64,000 nucleotides of DNA from Dicyema japonicum (taxonomy: Eukaryota; Animalia; Dicyemida), in contig RDEW01000012.1 of assembly GCA_011109175.1 (NCBI GenBank), positions 970,552 to 1,034,551 on the forward strand, read 5' to 3'. Positions 49,440-59,742 of this stretch are shown one piece after another. Made by a program: the position numbers and the translations under genes. Under the pieces are notes generated by a model that searched no databases, had not been told where the DNA came from, and saw nothing but the letters and a program-made list of their open reading frames with translations. The number at the start of each line of letters is the position of its first letter. The first letter of the stretch is position 1.

Positions 49440-51285
49440 GTACAACGATTAACTAGATCAAGAAACTAGAGCTCTCTTCAAAGAAAGGAATCAGCTTAAA
49501 AGGAATCTTCCACTTTTCCCCGGGAGGAGAAGCCTATTCAAAAGCCTCAACAACGCAGTTGGACAGAGGTTGAAATCATCTCAAAGGAATGAATGGGAAA
49601 GCAGAATTAGAGGCCTTTGAAGCATAAATCTACCGATTACATGTGGAAGACCATTAAAGCTCAGACCAAATACAAAACCCAATAACACAGGCCAACCAAA
49701 TGTCCAAAAACTAAACAACCTATGAAGTTTTATGTTGGAATCAGCCACAAGAAATTCCTGAAAACCAGCCCTTCCTTTACGTCCACGAAGCCAAAAAGGT
49801 CTTTTTCATTATATTGCTTATCTGATATTTGGATGAAATTAAAAATACAAAATCTTTCCTCTCCTTCGGTTCTGATTTGATTCCGGCTATTCTGCTCAAA
49901 CATCTCGGTCCAATTGGAATAGAAGCGTTCCAGAACATCTTTAACTTTTCAATAAACCATAACCAAATTCCAGACATTTGATCCAACATACGCCCAATTC
50001 TCAAGCCGAGAAGGCCGAAGAACGACCCCTCTTCGTACTGACCCATTGCACTGTTATGAGTATCCTCGAAGCTCCTGGAAAAACTTGTTCTAAGCATCAT
50101 TTACCCCGTATTCTCCTTGCACATTTCCAACATGGTTTCAGGAAAGACCGATCTACATCAACACACATTACCTCATTGAAGCAGTTCATTGTTGAAGGCT
50201 TTTCTGCAAAACCACATCTAAAATTTGTTTTATGCTGTCTCGACCTACAAAAAGCCTTCGATTCTGAAAAATCCTCACTCAAAAAATATTTAGACTATCC
50301 ATCAACTCGAACGTAAAATCATGGCTTTCAAAATTCCTCAGCGGAAGGAGAGAGAGTGTATGTTTGGATGGGATTCGATCAGTCTCAAGATTACTTCCAA
50401 ATGGAGTTCCCCAAGGCTCCCCCTGTCTCCTGCCCTATTCAACTTATACTTTTCCGATATTCCCAACCCAGTTATGGAAAACTCGATAATTCTCGTTTAT
50501 GCTGATGACTTTTCATTATTTCACGTGATAAAGACCTCACGAATACTTAAAAAAAGTACAAGAACTCTTGCTTCAAATTCAAACTTAACTACACCAAAAC
50601 CGGATGAACATATCTCCCGAAATATCCTCCACCACTCTATTTACCTCGGCTCAGAAGATGTACCGTGTATCTATTCCTGGACAACGAAAAAATCCCTTTT
50701 ACGAAGAACCCTAAAATTATGGGGGTCACTTTTGATACGCACATATGTTTTTCTGCCCATATTGAAAAGACCATTGGAATTTGTCAGAAGAAAATTGTTT
50801 TAATCAAAACCATATTTGGTGGAATAAAAAAGCCATTCCCTGCTCTCGGTATTCTCTATAGGCAATTCATCGAGCCAACAATCAGTTACGCCTGTGCAGC
50901 ATAGGAGATTAATCTCTCGTGGACCAACCGTCTTAAGGTTGATAACACCCTATGTCGAGCGGAGTCTACCATAATGCACATCGCAAAGCTGAACAACATT
51001 CCACCCAGTCCCTTTGACCATCTTATTGAGCAAAACGGCAAGAGCTTCTTGACGTTAACCCTCCAGCAGGACCTGTCGTCGTCAGTCCGTCTTGTGTCAA
51101 GTTTCCAGAAGCACATCTCCCCAGTTAGCTTTCTCACGAACATTGTCCTCCGCCCATACCGTGAATGTGTTTGCTCAAAAGTCCAGCATCAAGAGAAGCT
51201 GAGAAAGCTCTTGAGGATTGTCGAAATCACCAAATTAATTTCAACGAGATTAACTATTGGTGTTTTTGCGTTAAATAAAAAAATC
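49440..51285 (+). mobile_element. Ingi/Vingi/I-like LINE, RT plus 3' end
   Basis: QHGFRKDRST, LDLQKAFDS, GVPQGSPLSP, VYADD, MGVTFD, YACAA and RPYRECVCSK..H motifs. Confidence 0.88.
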
Positions 51286-51439
51286 ACTATTGCATGCCGT
51301 TTCTCGTTAACCAAAAGTGAAATATAAGTTTAGAACATTATGAAAATCTGTACCATTTAAATAGAAAGGATAAAGCACATATTGGAGGTGCTCAGATCGT
51401 ACTTGTCCTGGATCTGTAAAAACCACTCAATCGTGTAAT

Positions 51440-51830
51440 GAAGTTTGGAGTCTGAAGCAACATAATCATCTTCCAAGGAATGAATTTATCAAGAGAGCCT
51501 TATTACGGGACGACATATATAGCAGAAATCACTCTTGTGTGATATGGCTCTTAGACAGATAATAACTAATTCTCTGCTTGGACAAAATTTTATCATTATT
51601 GCTTTGACAAAGACTCATTCTTCTCTGGAACAACTAATTAATGGAACAAGAAAAAGTATCCCACACGAAAGTGATGATTCAGTTCTTAATATTGATGAGA
51701 ATTTAATGTATACCTTACAAGGGCATATATTCTATCAGTTTGGACACAGTTTTCGCCAAAATATTAACTTTTCAGATGTTGAGACAAATATGGTTATTTT
51801 TTAATTCTCAAATGACGACACCTTAAAAAT
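51440..51830 (+). pseudogene. Degenerate cadherin-like repeat relic
   Basis: NLSREPYYGTTYIAEI (LDRE..Y-like) and DDSVLNIDENLMYTL. Confidence 0.35.
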
Positions 51831-52050
51831 CATAAAAACTTTTTCTGTCTGCCCTCTTCCTTGGAAGCAGTTATTCACAATATCGGTAATAATTGTCGTA
51901 TGTGATAGCGTCCGGGCTGTTGATACTGTCCGGGTTGATAAGACAAATTTATCACTTGAAAACATTAACAACCACTAAATTTTGCTTCGAAAGATCTGTC
52001 CCTTGTTCCCTCAAAAAACAACAAATTTTATTTGAGTCAATAAAGCGATT

Positions 52051-52573
52051 TTTTGGTTGAGGTGGTGACGTCCCTTTTGAAAAGTATGTCTGAAAAACAC
52101 GAAAATTTCAACCTAAATGACTTCTCTCTTTTAACGTTCAATGTCAAAGGACTCTCTAGTGCATGGAAAAGAAAAGAAATTTATGAAGACCTTTCAAAAT
52201 ACAAGATATCAATCGGATGTCTCCAAGAGACAAAAATATCGAAGGAGTTTGAAATCTTTAACAAGAGAACAGGAAACTGAGTTAATATCATGTGAGATTA
52301 CTGATTCAAGGTGGAGGCTCTTTGGACACATACTCCGCCACGATATTGGGACCCGGCCAACATAGCAATGGAGGAGTATTTTGTCTTAGAAGCTTCTCGT
52401 TTCGGCGGCCGGCCGAGGACAACACTGCCGGTTATTCTAGATGAAGATCTCAGGATACGCTACGGAACATGGCAACGGATCGAAAAAGATGGGGGACGTT
52501 AATTAGATTGTTAACTTTTCGTGTTGCACATGCTTTTTCATGATCTTGGCATCGCGTACGTGCCTATAATAAT
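52051..52573 (+). mobile_element. Bipartite miniature RTE (5' end plus 3' end) with 12-bp TSD
   Basis: The 5' about 200 nt resemble 38562-38760 and the 3' about 320 nt resemble 40680-41044. (TAA)n tail; AATAAAGCGATT at 52039-52050 and 52574-52585. Confidence 0.88.
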
Positions 52574-52599
52574 AATAAAGCGATTAAGCGTTAAAAGGG

Positions 52600-53272
52600 T
52601 TAAAAAAGAGTTTTGTAACACTTAAGTTTCAGCAATATTATGTGATCGGGGGATAACGGCGATTCATGGTATACCAAAACATTCTCAATCACAAGGGCAG
52701 GTAGAACGATATAATCAAACGCTAAAGTGTTGTTTAGCAAAAACCCTATTTCAATCCAAATCCAATAATTGGGTTGATATTTTGAAGAATACTGTCTATG
52801 AATACAACACGACTATTCATCGTGCTACTGGAAAGTTACCTTTCAGGTTAGCTTTATAAATTTTATTTTTAGACTATTATTTTGAACTTCGGGATTCAAT
52901 ACTGTTTCTGTGTCTGATAATAAATTGATCGAATTACCAGCCCAAAAATCTGAACATTTTTCAGATGATGAAATTCACGAAACTTGTTCTCTTTCAGAAA
53001 TTGAATTAGATCATCAAACATCAGAACATTTTGAAACTTATAAAAGAAAAGTGAAATAAAACGCGAATAAAACTTTTCAAGAAAATCATGTCAAAATAGG
53101 CGATACTGTCTTCATCAAATCAGATTTTGATAACAACCAGAAGACAAAAAAATGCCTTGGACAGTTTTTTTGAAAGGGAACATTATGTTGTTATAGAAGA
53201 ACATTTACAATTTGTTATGGTTAAGGGAGATTCCGCAGATGAAACAAAAATAGTTTTAAAATCAAAAATTTA
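52600..53272 (+). mobile_element. Ginger/KRBA2-like rve integrase fragment with a 26-nt intron
   Basis: KEFCN..HGIPKHSQSQGQVERYNQTLK..WVDIL..YNTTIHRATGKLPF; GT..AG at 52847-52872. Confidence 0.8.
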
Positions 53273-53364
53273 AATACAGTTTATTTGTATGATAGTAGAG
53301 AAGTTTTTTATTTTTTAAATTGTTTTTATATTAAAATTTTGTTATGATCATTCAAATTTAAGGT

Positions 53365-56021
53365 TTAAGGTTATGTTATGTTCTTCAATTAAGTCGTGTC
53401 CGACCCTTGAAGATCTCATGAGCCAATTTTCTCCACTCTCCCCGATCCGTTGCAATTTGGAGTATCCTTGATATAGACATTCCCGTGACGTCTTCCACCA
53501 TGGATAGCCACCGAGTCCTCGGTCGGCCAGTTCTTCTCTTCCCAGTAATATTGCTCAGCACAATGGATCGCTCCAGTGAATCAGAGCGGACAACATGCCC
53601 AAAGAACGCCAATCTGTGTTTTACGATTCTTCATTCTAGCAAAATGTTCGTCTCTACCCGTTTGAGTACATCGGTGTTTGTTATTTTGGAAGTCCAAGGG
53701 ATTCTTAGTAAACTCCTCCAGCACCACAGTTCAAAAGCATCAATTTTCGTCTATCCGCCTTTTTCAGTATCCATGATTCTGCGCCGTATAGAAAAACCGA
53801 GAACACCAGTCTGCATTTGGTCCTTAAGCAAATTTCTTTGCTTTTCCAATTTCTATTCATTCTCTAGAAGGTCCATGGCAATTCGCCTTTTGATTTCCAA
53901 GCCTCCGTCACCATTCCGATTAATTAGACATCCCAGAAAGACAACATTATCGTAACTCTATTTTTTCATTCCCAATTTTTAGTTCCATTATTCCATTATT
54001 AGCATTCGTCATAAATTTGGTCTTCTTGATATTTAGCAATAAACTCTGAATCTTAGAATCAACTCCCTGAGGCCATCCTCTGTTTCAGGCAGTAAGGTTG
54101 TATCGTCAGCATAGCGCTAATTATTTATGTTCCTGCCTCCAATTTTAATCCCGTTATTTGATACAGTGTCCAATCGAGTCATGATCATTTCGGCATAAAT
54201 ATTGAATAGGAGATAATATGCATCCTTGCCTTACTCTTTTACAAATTTTGAACCAATCGATATCTCCATACACTGTTCTAACAGTAGCTTCTTGATCCTT
54301 ATAAAGAGATTTGATAAGCAATATCAGATGGGCATCGAATCCAAATTCTTTTAAAGCGGACCACAGCTTGTCATGTATAACGGATTCAAAAGCTTTCCGA
54401 TAGTCAATGAAGCACATGTATGGGAATCATGAGCTTTCTCCATAATCCACCGGACATTTGCTATATGGTCACGTGTGCCTCGTCCCTTCCTGAATTTTGC
54501 TTGGACATCCGGTAGAATCATTTCGGCATTTGGCATTAGACGATGTTGTATTATCGATGTTGTATTATCTTTCGAAGTATTTTGCTGAATTAAGGCTATT
54601 GTACGATAGTTTGAATAGTCCTTGCTATCCCCTTTTTTCGGTATTTGAATAAATATAGATCTTTTCCACTAGTGTGGCTAAATACCAGTTTCCCAAATTA
54701 TTTGACATAGACTGGTGATAGCTGTCACCGGTATAGCATTTAACAATTCGCTCGAGATGTCAATCTCCGGTGCCTTGTTCCCCGTTAATTGTCGTGTAGC
54801 CCACACGCATTCGTCCTCAAAGATTTTATGCCCCTCACCCAACTTTGCTTCATCAACATATATGGGTGGGCACACAGTTTCTTAATATAGCCGTTCCGTA
54901 TATTCTCTAACGATTTCCGAATTTCGGATGTTAGCAATTCTACACCATCCTTGTCCTTGATATGCCGATCATTTTTTCAGGCATCTTTCGTTCAAATCCA
55001 GTAATCCAATATTGTGCTTAACTTCCATTGCATATTCTGGTGGTATGTTTGAGACATCGAATTTCTTTACTCGGGAGGTATTCCAAGTGTTACTGAATTT
55101 CGTCCTAATTTTTGCAACAAGCAGCTGATGGTCAGTTCCACAGTCTGCCCCTGGATATGTTTTGACGGCTGTTATAGAGCTTTTCCAACGTTTGGCGCAC
55201 AAATATAATCAATCTGGTTCCTAGACATTCCATTTGGCGACGTCCAAGTGTATAATCGTCGTTTGTGTTGTTTGAACCATGTGTTAGATATCTGAAATCC
55301 ATTTTCCTGACAGAATTAGACCAGTCGATCCCCAGCATCATTTCTTTTCCCCAAACCAAAACTTCCTACAATATCCGTATGTGGCACCCAACTTTTGAAT
55401 TGAAATCCCCCATTATGTAGATTATGTCCTTTTTGGGTATTAGTTTTAGTGCCTCTTGAAATTCATAATAAAATTGGTCAATTTCGTCATCCTTGGCAAT
55501 AGATGTTGGGGCATACACTTGCATAACCGTAATATTCAATGGGTCGTCCACGGACGTGGATTAGTATTATCCGATCATTAATTATTCTATGACTTTCAAT
55601 AGCACGTGCAATTTTCTTTGAAGCAATGAAGGCCACTCCGTTTCTCTTCGCACTAATGTTACCAGAATAATATATGACGAAATCATCAGAATGAAAAAAC
55701 CACTGTCAATCCAATGAAGTTCGCTTACTCCAAGCAGGTCAAGCCTTCTCATTTCTCTTTTTACGACTTCTAGTTCCCTTCGTTTAAGCCTCTTACGTTC
55801 CATGTTGCGAAATTGTGAAATTCTGTGTGACGAAGACTCGAGATTTGATGTTTTGCAGTAACGTTGCTTCCAATTAGATCGTAGGAGAGTTTGCTTATAA
55901 GATTTTCTTGGCATTTAAATACAGGGTAGGTTGTCAGGTCTTTCCCCATCAGCAGCTCTTATATTGGAATAAGTTTTAGAGAATGTATAAACACCACAAC
56001 AACACGTTGTAACAACACGTG
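53365..56021 (-). mobile_element. Near full-length degraded RTE (BovB-like) LINE
   Basis: GVSELHW, QVYAPT, MGDFNSKVG, YPGADCGTDHQL, FRKGRGTRDHI, FIDYRKAF, VRQGCILSP and FFGHVVR..GRPRTRW motifs. Candidate TSD ATTTAAGGT at 53356-53364 and 56022-56030. Confidence 0.88.
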
Positions 56022-57062
56022 ATTTAAGGTAGTTGTCACAAAATGATTCTAATTAAAATGTTCTCTATCCAATTCCTTTCCTCTTCCAGCAACTATGGGA
56101 GTAAACCCAATTGTCGCAGTCCTTTTCTTTACTCACACTCTTCTCTTGAATTTCTTCATAATCAGATCGAGAGTAAACATCCTTTACCCCTTCATTAAGT
56201 TTATCATAACGCCGCGAAACGTCGACTTCGTTCCTATATGATACAATCATACTCTCCAAAATCTTTTGATTACCAGCGATTGAACATACATATACGTTCT
56301 TTCACTTATATTCAAAGATTTGCATATTCCACGAATGTGAAGTCACTAGGCCATCCCAGTGAGTACAATCGGGACAATCTTGACCTCTGCGTGGTGTATC
56401 AACTCCAGCTCTTTGGAAAGAAGGTCATATTTCGTCTTCTACGCAAGCAACATTAATGACTTCACATTTTTGCGAATTCGGCTCTAGTCTACGTGCTGAG
56501 AGGCCAAAAATGGCGGACTTGACCTCTGCCACTCCATTTCCCAGTTCACTCCAATAGTCGCATCATCCGGGTACCACAAGTTCATTGGATCTGGTATCAC
56601 TGAAATTGTAGAATGGATGGCAAAGAATTAATTAACAGTCGAATGAAGGCCACACATGTATATTACAAGGTCAACATATATTAAAGACATGCATTGACAC
56701 TCACATTTGCTATTATTGATTAGCGGTTTAATTTGGATTACAAATGTAATTTTTAATAACACAATTAAGTAAGGTTAATCGTGAGGGTCAGTTGAAGTAC
56801 TACCAGTCATGATCGGAACGTCTAATCTCCTTCCTGTTGTCCCTTATCATCCAGTCATTACTTGGTAAACTTAACATATAAAGGCAGGACACAGCCGTCT
56901 ACACGAAAGGCCGTTATTTTCTCCCACACAGTCACCCTCATTGGTCTCAATAGTTTCTCCTAGTCCTCATTCAACTTTGCGTCAGACCACATGGATTACG
57001 CTCCAAGCACATTTATAAATTGTTTTTACGTATATTACTAAAATACCATATTTTGTGAGATT

Positions 57063-57470
57063 ATGGAGTTTATTGGATATGACAATAATTGTAACCAACA
57101 CGAGGAGAGTAATAAGGTAAAACACATTATTTACTGTTAGGAGAATATCCACCTGCATTCATAAACGCCAGAAATAGTAAAATGTTGTTGAAAGCAAAAA
57201 ATCGTGGTAAAGAATACAAAAAATATGTATTTTCTTTAGATTTTATTATTTTAAATTTATTCAGTCACGTTATTGCTTTAGGTGGTTGATGTTGACTGCC
57301 CCCTGTGCCTTAGAAAAAACTCTGTTGATGTTGGAGGAAGGATGGTCAACTGCCATGTTTGTAAGCACAGGTTTTGCCGATATTGTTTCTGTTCACGGCA
57401 CAAATATTCTGAAGATTGTGACATAAATATTGGTGACTCTTGGATTAACAGAGATTTACTATCTTCCTAG
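57063..57470 (+). CDS. Possible small IBR/Rcat-like zinc-finger protein; exon structure unresolved
   Basis: Last exon 57282-57470 reads CPLC..VNCHVCKHRFCRYC..H..C after a TTTAG acceptor. Upstream tiny GT-AG candidates exist (57117-57140) but the frames do not join cleanly. Confidence 0.4.
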
Positions 57471-58744
57471 GATTAGATAATATTTTATTAAATTTTAAAA
57501 ATAATAATCATATTTTATTTTTTTTCTACGGACAGCCCCATGTTTCACGGACATGAACTTTTTAAAAGCCATCGATGAAAAGCTGAGGACTACCGTTGAA
57601 GAAACGCTCAACATTCCTAAATAAAACTGGCTGGATCAATGAAAACTACCTCTTCGATACGGAAGAATCGGAATACGTGTTCTTCGACGAAGGGGGAATT
57701 TTATTTGTCTTGGCGATTTTTTAATCCTTTTGAATTGCCATTCGGTTTCCCGACGCTTATTACTCATATTTTAAATAATATAGCACAAACTTTTTGATGT
57801 GACCTGTTATAAAATAAATAGAGTACGATTTAACAAAAAGTATTATTCCTACTCTTGGGGATCAAATTTGGTTTCTACGAACCATCCCAGAGACTGGGCT
57901 CTCTCAGTCGCGCAGAAAACAATCCATGACTGAACATCAACTAAAATCATCAAAAACTTTGGTATCAACAAGCTTCTGGGACGTATTCTACCCTACCACG
58001 GGTACTCCGTTTCCACTTGGCGCATGTATATTTAATCATAAGAAAAAATATTGAATTAAAAAAAACCTAGCAAAAAACAAAAAAATCACTTCATTAGTAC
58101 CTACAGATCCATAAACTATTCAGGATTTTTTTATTCACATAAAGTTGCATAAATCGTTGATAGTGGAGAAAATTGTTTAATATGGGTGATACGAAAAAAA
58201 TGAAAAAAACTGTATTAGATACTTCCTCAACTACGACTTACAGTTCACAACAAAGTCTTTCGCGTCTTTATTTGCTATCTATTAAAGAGACTATAGCATC
58301 AGCCAATAATCCTTTTTAATAATATGATTACCCTCAGTCAATACATAATTATTTTTGGTTAGGGACTTTTCCCAACCATGTGGAAAACATTATGACAGAG
58401 ACGAAACAAATGACAACCTTAAAGATCATTTCAAATACTTTAGGAAATAACGCAGAATGCTTGTACACATCCAGGTCGGTGACTATTTTCAGATCTTCCT
58501 TCCGCAAGCGGTTCACAATCCAGGAAGTTCCATCAGAGTCATCGATCCTAATTTCGAGTCTGACACTTAAAAAATTATAATCATACAATAACTAAAATTC
58601 TTGAAAGCGGCCAATCTGCGACACTTACTAAATATCTCAAAAATCAGCAGGCATGCAGAAAACTACAAGCCCGTTATGGAGAGTAATTCGAAATGCCGGT
58701 TTCAACCAACCCCTTGTCAGCCTGATATTACATAGTTTTTTTAG

Positions 58745-59110
58745 CATCCAAGACCACGGTAAAACCAAAACTAACTATCACGTGATCCCGATTCGCTCCG
58801 CCAAAATCCTCATTCTTTTCCGGTGCTCCTCCTTCGTACCCACACAAGCTCGTACAGGGCGGCTGACTGTATTTGCAGGGCCACCTTCCCGTATGCCGGA
58901 GTTTTGTTTAATGAGGGCCTCCAGAGTAGTCGGTCCGGTTCTGTGTTTCCCACAAGACCACCGCTCCGTCATTCTGAAAGCCTTCTTCTGAACGTCCTAA
59001 ATTTTCTTAGTGTTCGTTCCTGATAATGAAGGTCCCCACGAAGCATACGCGTACGAGAAGCATCGTTCGATGTATTGCTTGTAAATGTTCATCAAGACCG
59101 GATGAACATT
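58745..59110 (-). mobile_element. LINE 3' fragment (CVG..EH..GIT* group)
   Basis: RPVRACVGTKEEHRKRMRILAERIGIT*; near-identical to 17434-17787. Confidence 0.85.
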
Positions 59111-59742
59111 GCTAACATAGTTAGCAAGATCATTGTATTTTCTATTAATCGAGTGATCCCAGAACGATAAATAATAATTTTAAACAACCAATACAACAAT
59201 CAATAATATACTTTCATCAAAAAATCCATTAGAACAGTAAAACTTATATTAATGAACTCAATAAAGTCACTTTTGCAATACATGCTTCACGAAATTAGGC
59301 TCTAAATGAATTAATGAAAATTTTTATTACAAGGTCTATTATGCCTTGCAAGCATTAAACACTCAATGAAAGTTACCCCTAATGATTGCGACACAAATAT
59401 TGTGGAAGAGTCATCTTGTCATTCTAGGGTCTACCTTTAGCAGTCCAGCAAGCCGAAAAAATATATTATTTTCAGACAAATGACTAAAATCTGTTCCTTC
59501 GCTGCTAGCAAAACACAAAAAATGAAGTTAGACCGCTGTGGATGAATCAGACCAATTAAAGTGATTTTAAATATTTAATTTACTAGTTAAAAATAGGCAT
59601 TATATTATCGATCATTCATTTAAAAAAGAATTTTTTCATTAAAATAAAAGCATTCTAAATCTAAAATATATAATTTTAAAAAATAAAAAAATAAAAAAAA
59701 TATATTTTAAATTAAATTAAAATTTCATCTTACTGTGGTTCG

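Noticed and set aside
58349-58588. ORF with a hydrophobic segment as the transmembrane end of a cadherin-like gene
   Set aside because: Plausible, but no diagnostic motif and no joinable exons; left uncalled.
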